Source: Nitrospirales bacterium (lineage in GTDB: Bacteria; Nitrospirota; Nitrospiria; Nitrospirales; UBA8639). Taken from it: 64,000 bases of DNA. The first letter of the stretch is position 1. Each line of letters opens with the position of its first letter. The position numbers were made by a program, and so were the translations under genes. Below are positions 31,261 through 41,585 of this stretch, piece after piece. The DNA lies in assembly GCA_963555755.3 (NCBI GenBank), contig OY820905.2:832001-896000 (forward strand). Reading direction: 5' to 3'. Under the pieces are notes generated by a model, which searched no databases, was not told the origin of the DNA, and saw only the letters and a list, made by a program, of their open reading frames with translations.

Positions 31261-31536
31261 TGGGAATGTTGAAAACGCCGCCAGCCTTCGCTAAAGCTAC
31301 GGCTGACAAGCCAGAGCGTTCCTTGCCTGCCGGAGCGGCTTCGCGCAGGCAGGTCGCCATTTTTCCGTGCTCACGTACTATGAGTACGCTCCGCGCTTCA
31401 AAATGGCTGCGGCCTTGCTGGATAGACCCTTCGGAAAGACTCAGGGCATGCTTTTTTGAACATTCCCTCCCATTGCCGATGCGTGGCTCATCTGCAGCTT
31501 TTATTTGCTATTGGAGTGAAATATTCAACAGGCCCA
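31261..31536 (-). mobile_element. Family A MITE (31262-31467) with extension and three nested mini-hairpins
   Basis: TTA duplicated; A core reversed; inserts at ~31285-31310, 31326-31353 and 31426-31449. Confidence 0.85.
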
Positions 31537-31573
31537 TTATCATTGCCGAGTAAACGACACCCACCTTCTCCAC

Positions 31574-31606
31574 AAAAAAAAGGAGAGGCTTTCACCTCTC
31601 CCTTTT
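31574..31606 (-). terminator. Intrinsic terminator of the csp gene
   Basis: GGAGAGG/CCTCTCC stem flanked by A8 and T4. Confidence 0.75.
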
Positions 31607-31666
31607 CATATTATCCTTCCAGGGCACATAACCCTTCGCTAGACATTGACTAGCAAAACACTCACC

Positions 31667-31900
31667 TCACCCAGCTGATTGCTCAGCAGCAGCAGTTTTG
31701 ACGACATTAGCAGCTTGCGGTCCCTTCGCCCCTTCAACCATATCAAATTCCACCGACTCCCCTTCCTTCAGGGTCTTAAACCCTTCACCTTGCAAAGCTG
31801 AATAATGGACAAACACATCCTGTTCATCATCGATACGGATAAATCCAAATCCCTTGCGATCGTTAAACCACTTGACCGTTCCGGTTTTACGCTCACTCAC
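31667..31900 (-). CDS. Cold-shock protein (CspA family)
   Basis: [29 protein letters not shown]. Confidence 0.95.
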   Translation of the reverse strand: MSERKTGTVKWFNDRKGFGFIRIDDEQDVFVHYSALQGEGFKTLKEGESVEFDMVEGAKGPQAANVVKTAAAEQSAG

Positions 31901-32704
31901 TGTTTCCTCCTTTTCCCGGACCCTGGAAAATACTTTTCCTCGTGCAATAGGCCCTTAACAAACAAAACCGCAAAAGGACAGTTCGCCCCCTGCGGCATCT
32001 TGTAAAAAATATTATTCATTATAAAAACCTATAATAACAAGGAGGATCTACCATAGACGTTCCAATAAGTCAATAACATTAAACAAGTTTCTTTATGAGA
32101 AATATCTACCATTTACCTCTACCTCTGAGGATATTTGAGGACTTTCGTCAAGCTATTGATTCACTCTCCATGAATTTCTTCCTAGACAATTTAACTTGCT
32201 TTATGCTCACAGCCTACTCTCAGACCTACCCCAAGGGCTGACCCCTAATCATCACATTCGATTCTTCTAGCCCAAGGAAATATTTAAAAAGTATTCAGCC
32301 TGCCTCTGCCATGAAAATCGTCGGCAAGTAATTAACACGCCAATTTTTTCCCAGAGTTAGGATGCCGCCTACAGGTAACGAGACCCTTTGAAAAACATAC
32401 GATTTTCTTTTTATTACGTATATTAGCCGAATGCAATTCACTACACATCCCTGCACACCTTTCCCTGACGTTCCATCTATCATTTCCTTGTAACTCATTG
32501 ATTATTTGCAAAGTTTCAAATTAACCCCAGGAAGGCATCATTATTGCTCTCTTGGATATTATTTTCTGTGTGTTAAGGCCAATACACACATAGCTATCCT
32601 TCGTTTTTTTTTAATAAGCAAATTTTTACCACAGACCATAGGCGATTTTAGCGATTAATGGAAGGAATTCGACTGAAACCTTCAAGAGGAAAACCTGCCA
32701 TCCC

Positions 32705-35700
32705 ATGATTTTGATGACGAATAACTCATCGTTCATGAGGAAGACACCAATGGAACCCCCCGTGACAAGGGTTCAACACCTTTTTCGTGTAATCCCGTTC
32801 ACCGCCCTACAACTTTCGTTGCTTCTCATTTTTTCTGGGGTTGTCAATTCATCGGCAGTGCTGGGAGCCGAAACGTGTACGTGCACCGTCAGTTGGACCG
32901 CGAATACCGAACCTGATTTGGCCGGATATGAAATTTATATTGGTGATCAACCTGGGGTGTATAACCACCCTGATTCGCCTATTTCAGTTGGACCCATCAC
33001 GAGCTACACATTTCCACCTGGCACGCTCGTACCGGGAGTGACCTATTATTACGCCTTAAAAGCCCGAGACTTCTCCAATAACTTAAGCGGTCTCTCACTA
33101 GAGGTCCAAGGTGGGCTGCCTAGTGTTCCACCCCCACCACCGCCTGGCAACGGCTTCCTCCAAGACAGTGGCCCCGATGGCCTGCTCGTCGTGGAAGCCG
33201 AACATGCCCACACGAATACCCCCCAAGACAGCCATAGCTGGGTCTTGTCCACTACCCCCGCCGGCTTCTCCGGCTCCGGCAACATGACCACAACCCCCAA
33301 TTCCGGGACGTCCCACAATACCAACTATACCACCCTCAGCCCTCGCTTAGATTTTGAGGTCACCTTTGTCCAGACTGGGGTGCATTATATTTGGGTACGC
33401 GGCTGGGGAACCACGGGCACAGACGATTCCGTGCATGTGGGATTCAATGGCCAAGCAATAGCCTCCAGCGATCGGCTCTCTGGTTTCACATCAACATGGA
33501 CGTGGTCCAACCAAACCATGGATGGATCGGTCGCCACTATCAATGTCCCGAGCCCCGGCACGCATACCCTGAACCTCTGGATGCGGGAGGATGGCACCGT
33601 AGTGGATAAACTCTTGCTCACCACCAATGCCAGTTTGCCCACCCCCAATGGCACTGGCCCACCGGAAAGCCCTCAGGAGTCCCCACCGCCACCCACCCTG
33701 CATACCCTCACGGTGAATCTAAACGGCAGTGGCACGGTCACGAGTAGCACCACCGGCATTCGCTGTCCCGGAACCTGTACCGCGGACTTTGACGAGGGTA
33801 CGAGTGTGACGCTGTCCGCAGAAGCCGGCAGTCAGCAGGCCTTTGATGGCTGGAACGGCAGTGGCTGTACAGGGACAGGCACCTGTACAATAAGGATGGA
33901 TCAGGCCCAAGAGATAACCGCATCCTTCTCTCCGCTCCCCCCACCCCCACCGGCCGATGGCCCCGGCTTCCAACAAGCCACCGATGCCCAGGGACTCGTC
34001 GTGATGGAAGCGGAACATGCCCATAGCAATTTCCCCCAAGGTTCTCATAATTGGGATCTCATGACTGACGCCAATGCCGTCGGCACGCAAGGGATGACCG
34101 CAACCCCCAATCTTCAGACCAGTAACAATACCGGCTATACCACCAAGAGCCCGCGGCTGGATTTCACCGTGAACTTTGCGCACACCGGCACCCACTACGT
34201 CTGGATCCGCGGACTGGGCACGAGCGACTATGATGATTCCGTTCATCTGGGATTGGATGGCCAAGCCGTGAATACCAGTGATCGCATTTCCAGTTTCACT
34301 ACCAGTTGGAATTGGTCTAACAATACGATGGATGGCGTCATTGCCACCATTGATGTCCCCTCGGTAGGGGAACATACCATCAACATCTGGATGCGCGAAG
34401 ATGGCTTCCAAATTGACCGCATGCTCTTGACGAAACATGCAAAGTATAGCCCCACGGGCGAGGGCCCCGCGGAAAGCTCCCAGTCTGAAGAACCCGCTGA
34501 CACTACGCCTCCGACCATCCCTTCGATCACCTCGGCTGTCGCGGACTCCTCCACAGCCGCGACAATCACTTGGGAAGCCGCCACCGATAACGTGGCGGTC
34601 ACGGGCTATGCCATCTATCGTGATAATAATTTACTGACCACCACACCTGACCTGACCTATGTGGATACCAATTTGGCACCGTTCACGACCTACGGATACT
34701 CAGTCGTTGCTCAGGATGCCGCCAATAACGTTTCTTCCCCAAGTTCAACCATTTCTGTCACGACACTTCCCGAATTCACCGACCCTCATGGGGCCCCAAC
34801 CATTCAGGCAGTCCAGGTTGATTCTGATTCACAACTTACCATCAATTGGATCCCAGCCCCTGAAGATGTCTTGGCCGGGGTTGAGGCATCCGTGAATCTT
34901 GGAGCGGCAGCATATTGTCCGGCAATGGAACCACCCGAGTCTGGCCAACCAATTATCAACATTGCCAGTGGTGATGTGAATGACCTCTTGTCAAAAATAT
35001 CGTCCGCCCAATCGGGAACCACTTTCCTATTAGAGGATAGAGTCTATGTACTACCATCGAGTAAATCACTGGAAATTAAAACACCTGGGTTGATCATCCG
35101 AAGCGCCTCCGGCAACCGAGAGGCCGTCCGCATCGAGGGAGGCTACAACAATATTTCCGTCAATGTAGATGAATTTACAGTCGCCGACGTGACATTGAGT
35201 CAGCCCACCAATCACAACATTCAAGTGCGAGGGGAAAAGGGCATTACCGGAACAACGATTTACAATGTTCATCTGTTGGATGCCGGACAGCAATTTGTGA
35301 AAGTGAGCACTGGTGATGGCACCCTCGGGAAATTCGCTGACTATGGTCTCGTGGCCTGCTCCCGCATCGAATATACGACATTCTCCAAAGGAACTGACCA
35401 CTCACTGCCAAACTACACAAACGGGGTGGACATACTCGCGGGGAAGGGATGGGTCATTCGCGACAATGAGTTTCGTCGGATTCGAAGCGAAGCCGGTCCG
35501 GCTGGGCCTGCAATCCTAGTCTGGAAAAACTCGCTTGACACCATTATTCGCCGGAATCTGATTGTCGACAGTTGGCGAGGTATTGCGTTGGGGCTTAGTT
35601 CGCCAAATGACCTCTCACGGGGCGGAGCCGACGTACTCTATGATCACCAAAACGGACTCGTGGAAAATAATGTTATCTTGGCTCTCACAGAACCGGCAGA

Positions 35701-38617
35701 CGCCGCCATTGAAAATAATTATGCTCTCAATTCTCAGGTTCAACACAATACCATCTATTATCATGAAGGCCTGAATCACTCGGTGAACTGGTCAATTGAA
35801 TATCGCTTTGGACCCACCACCGTAAACATTTCCGACAATTTAACGAACTTTCCTATCATCGTTCGCAGTCCACTTCCAGCCCAGCAGGGAACACTTGAGG
35901 GTAATATCACAGATGCCCAAGCTAACTGGTTTATCGATATTATGGCAGAAAATTATCATCTTTCCCAAAGCTCTGGAGGGGGAACCGCGACGGCCTTTAC
36001 CCTCTATCGAGATGGGGTGCCTGTTGGAACCACCCCAAACTGGCATTATGCAGACTCTAACCTCACCCCGTCTACCACATACACCTATTCGGTGACCGCT
36101 CTTGACGCCACGGACAATGAGTCTGCTCACTCTGCCCCGGTTACGGGCACAACCCTCTCCCTCGCAGATACGACCCCACCCAGTACCCCCACGATTCAAT
36201 CGGCGGTGGTGGACTCCTCGACTCAAGCGACCCTCACCTGGTCGGCCGCTACGGATAATGTCGCGGTGACCGGCTACACGCTGTACCGCGATAACAACCC
36301 TCTGGCCACCACGTCCAATTTGTCTTACGTGGATTCCAATTTATCCCCATCCACGACCTATGCCTATTTCGTCGTCGCCCATGATGCCATGGACAACACT
36401 TCAGACCCTTCAACCACAATGTCCGTGGTCTCCCTGGAAGCGCCACCGGCCGATGGCCCCGGCTTCCAACAAGCCACCGATGCCCAGGGACTCGTCGTGA
36501 TGGAAGCGGAACATGCCCATAGCAATTTCCCCCAAGGTTCTCATAATTGGGATCTCATGACTGACGCCAATGCCGTCGGCACGCAAGGGATGACCGCAAC
36601 CCCCAATCTTCAGACCAGTAACAATACCGGCTATACCACCAAGAGCCCGCGGCTGGATTTCACCGTGTACTTTGCGCACACCGGCACCCACTACGTCTGG
36701 ATCCGCGGACTGGGCACTAGCGACATGGATGATTCCGTTCATCTGGGATTGGATGGCCAAGCCGTGAATACCAGTGATCGAATCGATGGCTTTAGTCCTG
36801 CTTGGCAATGGTCCAACCATACCAGAGACAATGCCCCAGCAATTATTGATGTCCCCTCGGTAGGGGAACATACCATCAACATCTGGATGCGCGAAGATGG
36901 CTTCCTCCTTGACCGCCTACTCTTGACGAAACAGGTAAATTATAGCCCCACGGGTGAGGGCCCACCGGAAAGCCCTCAGGAGTCCCTGCCGCCACCACCC
37001 CCCACCCTGCATACGCTCACGGTGAATCTAAACGGCAGTGGCACGGTCACGAGTAGCACCACCGGCATTCGCTGCCCCGGAACCTGTAGTGCGGACTTTG
37101 ACGAGGGTACGAGTGTGACGCTGTCCGCAGAAGCCGGCAGTCAGCAGGCCTTTGATGGCTGGAACGGCAGTGGCTGTACAGGTACAGGCACCTGTACAAT
37201 AACGATGGATCAGGCCCAAGAGATAACCGCATCCTTCTCTCCGCTCCCCCCACCCCCACCGACAGATGGCCCCGGCTTCCAACAAACCACCGACGCCCAG
37301 GGACTCGTCGTGATGGAAGCTGAACATGCCCATAGCAATTTCCCCCAAGGTTCTCATAATTGGGATCTCATGACTGACGCCAATGCCGTCGGCACGCAAG
37401 GGATGACCGCAACCCCCAATCTTCAGACCAATAACAATACCGGCTATACCACCAAGAGCCCGCGGCTGGATTTCATCGTGAACTTTGCGCATACCGGCAC
37501 CCACTACGTCTGGATCCGCGGACTGGGCACTAGCGACATGGATGATTCCGTTCATCTGGGATTGGATGGCCAAGCCGTGAATACCAGTGATCGGATCGAT
37601 GGCTTTAGTCCTGCTTGGCAATGGTCCAACCATACCAGAGACAATGCCCCAGCAATTATTGATGTCCCCTCGGTAGGGGAACATACCATCAACATCTGGA
37701 TGCGCGAAGATGGCTTCCTCATTGACCGCCTACTCTTGACGAAACAGGTAAATTATAGCCCCACGGGTGAGGGCCCACCGGAAAGCCCTCAGGAGTCCCC
37801 GCCGCCACCACCCCCCACCCTGCATACGCTCACGGTGAATCTAAACGGCAGTGGCACGGTCACGAGTAGCACCACCGGCATTCGCTGCCCCGGAACCTGT
37901 ACCGCGGACTTTGACGAGGGTACGAGTGTGACGTTGTCCGCAGAGGCCGGCAGTGAGCAGGCCTTTGATGGCTGGAACGGCAGTGGCTGTACAGGGACAG
38001 GCACCTGTACAATAAGGATGGATCAGGCCCAAGAGATAACCGCATCCTTCTCTCCGCTCCCCCCACCACCGCCTGGCAGCGGTTTCCTCCAAGACAGTGG
38101 CCCCGATGGCCTGCTCGTCGTGGAAGCCGAACATGCCCACACGAATACCCCCCAAGACAGCCATAGCTGGGTCTTGTCCACTACCCCCGCCGGCTTCTCC
38201 GGCTCCGGCAACATGACCACAACCCCCAATTCCGGGACGTCCCACAATACCAACTATACCACCCTCAGCCCTCGCTTAGATTTTGAGGTCACCTTTGTCC
38301 AGACTGGGGTGCATTATATTTGGGTACGCGGCTGGGGAACCACGGGCACAGACGATTCCGTGCATGTGGGATTCAATGGCCAAGCAATAGCCTCCAGCGA
38401 TCGGCTCTCTGGTTTCACATCAACATGGACGTGGTCCAACCAAACCATGGATGGATCGGTCGCCACTATCAATGTCCCGAGCCCCGACACGCATACCCTG
38501 AACCTCTGGATGCGGGAGGATGGCACCGTAGTGGATAAACTCTTGCTCACCACCAATGCCAGTTTGCCCACCCCCAATGGCACTGGGCCTGCCGAAAGTC
38601 AGGAGGTGACACCATGA
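32705..38617 (+). CDS. Large secreted modular protein: FN3 domains, five ~170-aa CBM-like beta-sandwich modules, three InlB-B-like repeats, one right-handed beta-helix
   Basis: Signal peptide; (V/M)EAEHAH...Y.W.RG...DDSVH.G...N.WMREDG...D.LLLT x5; LTV.LNGSGTVTS...C...F.GW.G.GC x3; FN3 W/Y/Y motifs; Pro-rich linkers. Confidence 0.85.
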   Translation: MILMTNNSSFMRKTPMEPPVTRVQHLFRVIPFTALQLSLLLIFSGVVNSSAVLGAETCTCTVSWTANTEPDLAGYEIYIGDQPGVYNHPDSPISVGPITSYTFPPGTLVPGVTYYYALKARDFSNNLSGLSLEVQGGLPSVPPPPPPGNGFLQDSGPDGLLVVEAEHAHTNTPQDSHSWVLSTTPAGFSGSGNMTTTPNSGTSHNTNYTTLSPRLDFEVTFVQTGVHYIWVRGWGTTGTDDSVHVGFNGQAIASSDRLSGFTSTWTWSNQTMDGSVATINVPSPGTHTLNLWMREDGTVVDKLLLTTNASLPTPNGTGPPESPQESPPPPTLHTLTVNLNGSGTVTSSTTGIRCPGTCTADFDEGTSVTLSAEAGSQQAFDGWNGSGCTGTGTCTIRMDQAQEITASFSPLPPPPPADGPGFQQATDAQGLVVMEAEHAHSNFPQGSHNWDLMTDANAVGTQGMTATPNLQTSNNTGYTTKSPRLDFTVNFAHTGTHYVWIRGLGTSDYDDSVHLGLDGQAVNTSDRISSFTTSWNWSNNTMDGVIATIDVPSVGEHTINIWMREDGFQIDRMLLTKHAKYSPTGEGPAESSQSEEPADTTPPTIPSITSAVADSSTAATITWEAATDNVAVTGYAIYRDNNLLTTTPDLTYVDTNLAPFTTYGYSVVAQDAANNVSSPSSTISVTTLPEFTDPHGAPTIQAVQVDSDSQLTINWIPAPEDVLAGVEASVNLGAAAYCPAMEPPESGQPIINIASGDVNDLLSKISSAQSGTTFLLEDRVYVLPSSKSLEIKTPGLIIRSASGNREAVRIEGGYNNISVNVDEFTVADVTLSQPTNHNIQVRGEKGITGTTIYNVHLLDAGQQFVKVSTGDGTLGKFADYGLVACSRIEYTTFSKGTDHSLPNYTNGVDILAGKGWVIRDNEFRRIRSEAGPAGPAILVWKNSLDTIIRRNLIVDSWRGIALGLSSPNDLSRGGADVLYDHQNGLVENNVILALTEPADAAIENNYALNSQVQHNTIYYHEGLNHSVNWSIEYRFGPTTVNISDNLTNFPIIVRSPLPAQQGTLEGNITDAQANWFIDIMAENYHLSQSSGGGTATAFTLYRDGVPVGTTPNWHYADSNLTPSTTYTYSVTALDATDNESAHSAPVTGTTLSLADTTPPSTPTIQSAVVDSSTQATLTWSAATDNVAVTGYTLYRDNNPLATTSNLSYVDSNLSPSTTYAYFVVAHDAMDNTSDPSTTMSVVSLEAPPADGPGFQQATDAQGLVVMEAEHAHSNFPQGSHNWDLMTDANAVGTQGMTATPNLQTSNNTGYTTKSPRLDFTVYFAHTGTHYVWIRGLGTSDMDDSVHLGLDGQAVNTSDRIDGFSPAWQWSNHTRDNAPAIIDVPSVGEHTINIWMREDGFLLDRLLLTKQVNYSPTGEGPPESPQESLPPPPPTLHTLTVNLNGSGTVTSSTTGIRCPGTCSADFDEGTSVTLSAEAGSQQAFDGWNGSGCTGTGTCTITMDQAQEITASFSPLPPPPPTDGPGFQQTTDAQGLVVMEAEHAHSNFPQGSHNWDLMTDANAVGTQGMTATPNLQTNNNTGYTTKSPRLDFIVNFAHTGTHYVWIRGLGTSDMDDSVHLGLDGQAVNTSDRIDGFSPAWQWSNHTRDNAPAIIDVPSVGEHTINIWMREDGFLIDRLLLTKQVNYSPTGEGPPESPQESPPPPPPTLHTLTVNLNGSGTVTSSTTGIRCPGTCTADFDEGTSVTLSAEAGSEQAFDGWNGSGCTGTGTCTIRMDQAQEITASFSPLPPPPPGSGFLQDSGPDGLLVVEAEHAHTNTPQDSHSWVLSTTPAGFSGSGNMTTTPNSGTSHNTNYTTLSPRLDFEVTFVQTGVHYIWVRGWGTTGTDDSVHVGFNGQAIASSDRLSGFTSTWTWSNQTMDGSVATINVPSPDTHTLNLWMREDGTVVDKLLLTTNASLPTPNGTGPAESQEVTP

Positions 38618-38705
38618 GCTTTCATCTCATGACTTGAATTGAACAATTTTAAAAAGTGCGAAGTAGGTGAGTTTCAGAGACCGCATTAACAAGAAAAAAT
38701 GCGGG

Positions 38706-40430
38706 TTATATTTCAAACTGCGCTTCATAGAGAATGCGATACACACCTTCTCGTGCGAGAAGAGTCGCATGCGTTCCTTCATCTACCAGATTCCCTCGGT
38801 CTAGCACCAAAATGCGATTGACCTTCTGAAGGGTAGAAAATCGGTGGGCAATCACGATCGTTGTTCGGCCCTGAGTCAACACCTCCAGGGCTTCTCGAAT
38901 TTTCACTTCGGTTTCCGTATCAATGTTCGACGTGGCCTCATCAAAAATAACGATAGGAGGATCTTTCAGAAGCACACGAGCAATCGCGACCCGTTGCTTC
39001 TGTCCCACCGAGAGTTTCACGCCTCGTTCACCAATCCAGGTGTCATACTTTTCCGGCAACTCCGAAATAAACTCATGAGCCCGTGCCGCTATGGCCACAC
39101 CTTCGATTTCAGATTGGGTGGCCTCCGGGTTGCTATAGGCAATGTTGTCTCGAACCGTTCCATTAAATAAAAACGGTTCCTGCTGCACGAATCCAATCTG
39201 ATTTCGAACAAACGCCAATGGCAAATCTCTGACATCAACACCCCCTAAGGATAGGCTTCCTCCTTTGACATCATAAAAACGCATGATCAATTTAATCAGC
39301 GTACTTTTGCCGGCCCCGCTCGGCCCCACAAGCGCGATTCGTTCGCCCGCAGGAATGTGCACGTTGACCCCTTTCAACACCGGAACATCGGGTCTGTAGG
39401 CAAACATCACATTCTTTAACGTCACCGTCCCTTCGAATGTTCCTCCTGGAGCCACAACACCGGGACGATCAACCACTTCGGGTTCGGTATCAAGCACATC
39501 AAAGATTCGCTCACTGGCAGCCAGAGCGTGCTGTAACATATGGTTCACCGAATGAATTTGGTTGACCGGCACATAAAACAGCGCTAGATAGGACACAAAC
39601 ATAAACAGTTCACCAATCGACAACTGACCCGACAACACTTCGCCCGGACTCACCCACAGGACCAAGATCGTACCCAAACTTCCGATGAAAATCATGCTGG
39701 GTGAATACACCGACCAGAGAAACATAGCCTTTAACGTGCTCGCGTTCACGGCCTGACTCTTCTGATCAAATCGCGCGCGCTCATATTCGTGCCGATTAAA
39801 ACCCATGGTCTCTCGAATTCCTGACAAGGCGTCTTGAAGGTATGCACTCAAATCCGCGGTATTTTTTCGGATCACATGATAGTATCCGTGCACTCGCCGT
39901 GAGAACGTGACACCGGAGATGGCCAAAATTGGAATCGGAATCAAGGCCAACAGCGCCAGCTTCCAATTCAGCGCAAAAAGGAGAATCGTAATACCCACGA
40001 GTGTGAGTGAGGCCGTCAACATCCCCTCCAGACCATCAATAAAAATCCGCTCCACATGTTCCGTATCACTCATCACCCGAGACATGATTTCTCCGGTTGA
40101 GCGGTTTTCATAGAAACTGATCGACAAGCGTTGCAGCGCATGAAACACTTGTTGCCGCAGATCAAAAATTACCCGCTGCTCCAGAATATTATTAAACCGG
40201 ATCCGAAAAGAGTTGAGGATATTTTTGAATCCATAGGCCCCAACCAACCCTCCTAACACCCAGGGAAGCAAGTCGGTTCGTTCGCCTTGGATGACATCAT
40301 CGATAATAACTTTAATCAGCCACGGCGGGAGAAGATCGAAAATCGTGGTGAGTGTCGCAAAGGACAACGTGGTCAACACCAGACGACGGTGAGGACGTAG
40401 ATAGCCAAGAATTCGGAAAAGAGAATTCAC
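38706..40430 (-). CDS. ABC exporter, fused TM and ATP-binding domains (MsbA-like)
   Basis: GPSGAGKST, LSVGQKQR, IFDEATSNID, IAHR. Confidence 0.92.
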   Translation of the reverse strand: MNSLFRILGYLRPHRRLVLTTLSFATLTTIFDLLPPWLIKVIIDDVIQGERTDLLPWVLGGLVGAYGFKNILNSFRIRFNNILEQRVIFDLRQQVFHALQRLSISFYENRSTGEIMSRVMSDTEHVERIFIDGLEGMLTASLTLVGITILLFALNWKLALLALIPIPILAISGVTFSRRVHGYYHVIRKNTADLSAYLQDALSGIRETMGFNRHEYERARFDQKSQAVNASTLKAMFLWSVYSPSMIFIGSLGTILVLWVSPGEVLSGQLSIGELFMFVSYLALFYVPVNQIHSVNHMLQHALAASERIFDVLDTEPEVVDRPGVVAPGGTFEGTVTLKNVMFAYRPDVPVLKGVNVHIPAGERIALVGPSGAGKSTLIKLIMRFYDVKGGSLSLGGVDVRDLPLAFVRNQIGFVQQEPFLFNGTVRDNIAYSNPEATQSEIEGVAIAARAHEFISELPEKYDTWIGERGVKLSVGQKQRVAIARVLLKDPPIVIFDEATSNIDTETEVKIREALEVLTQGRTTIVIAHRFSTLQKVNRILVLDRGNLVDEGTHATLLAREGVYRILYEAQFEI

Positions 40431-40451
40431 AAAGAGTTACACAATCTACAA

Positions 40452-40648
40452 AGGGACTGTTGAATAATTGAACATTTCCAATGGATATGGCCATCTGAGA
40501 CAGTTCATGCCATCTCAAGAGCAAGGGGGGTGTTCAAAAAGGCCCGTCCAGCAAGGCCGCAGGACCTTTGGCGCGCGGAGCGTACATGGAGTACGCGAGC
40601 ACGACAAAGGGCCGAGAACGCTGCTGGCGGACTTTTTCAACGCCCCCC
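40452..40648 (+). mobile_element. Family A MITE (core from 40525) with 5' extension
   Basis: Outer GGGACTGTTGAA, inner GGGGTGTTCAAAAAGG, right end TTTTTCAACGCCCC. Confidence 0.82.
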
Positions 40649-40680
40649 ACAAAGAGAAATTGTGATCAGGTAGGATGCCG

Positions 40681-41211
40681 CTATATCACGGCAGCGGACT
40701 CTTCCTTCCAATACGAGTCAAACTCTTTCAACTGAGTCAGCGTCGAGAGATCAGTCATTCGATCAAGAAACATCTTGCCAAGCAAATGGTCCATTTCATG
40801 CTGGATGCACACGCCATAGAGCCCGGTCGCTTCAAAATCCAAGACCTGGCCATACCGATCGAGCGCTTCGACGCGAATCGCGGAAGGTCGAGTCACTTTC
40901 CCCCGCAACCCATCAACACTCAAACACCCTTCCCACATCTCCACTTGCTCTGGCCCGTAAAAAACAATTTTGGGATTAATCAGCACGGTGTTGGGAAAGC
41001 CGGAATCTCCCTCACAGCCCATCACCACGAGTTGTTCCGACCGTGAAACCTGAGGAGCGGCTAATCCAATCCCATCATTTTCACCCATGGTCTCAAACAT
41101 ATCATCAATTAATTGTTGAAACGCCGAGGTCGCAATCACCTCCTGGACAATCGGGCTCGCAATCTTTCGCAAGACCGGGTTGCCTAACTTGGCAATGGGT
41201 AAAACCGGCAT
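40681..41211 (-). CDS. def: Peptide deformylase
   Basis: GIGLAAPQ, EGCLS, HEMDH. Confidence 0.95.
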   Translation of the reverse strand: MPVLPIAKLGNPVLRKIASPIVQEVIATSAFQQLIDDMFETMGENDGIGLAAPQVSRSEQLVVMGCEGDSGFPNTVLINPKIVFYGPEQVEMWEGCLSVDGLRGKVTRPSAIRVEALDRYGQVLDFEATGLYGVCIQHEMDHLLGKMFLDRMTDLSTLTQLKEFDSYWKEESAAVI

Positions 41212-41232
41212 ATGTATTTATCTCCTCTTTGA

Positions 41233-41551
41233 ACCTAGAAGCGGCAGTTGGATCACAAAAGGCCGCGCTTAGCGCACCTGGTAAAATAAAAAAAGGTCTC
41301 ATCACCACGGAGGGTTCGCGCAAGAATACCTTCCCCGGTTTGGGTGCTGAGACACCTGTCTGGCAAGGCGCGAGGACTGCGCATACTCCTCGTATGGAAA
41401 GGACGAGCAACGCCGCCAGACAGGATGGATCGACGCCCAAACAGGGGAAGGTATTCTTGCGCGAACCCTAAGGTGAACTCGACTTTTTATATTTCACCAT
41501 GCACACCAATACCTTACACGGCTTTTTTGCGCCCAACTGCCGTTTCTAGGT
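41233..41551 (-). mobile_element. Family C composite MITE containing B (41312-41468)
   Basis: ACCTAGAA...TTCTAGGT ends with TGA duplicated; lacks the D and E inserts. Confidence 0.88.
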
Positions 41552-41585
41552 TGAACGCAGCATGAGCAACAGAAAACCAGACCCC

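Noticed and set aside
31990..32700. Hidden gene or ncRNA in the long AT-rich interval
   Set aside because: No convincing ORF or structure; consistent with divergent promoter regions.
33134..38586. Diversity-generating retroelement TR/VR pair
   Set aside because: Differences between repeats are not adenine-specific and no reverse transcriptase is present.
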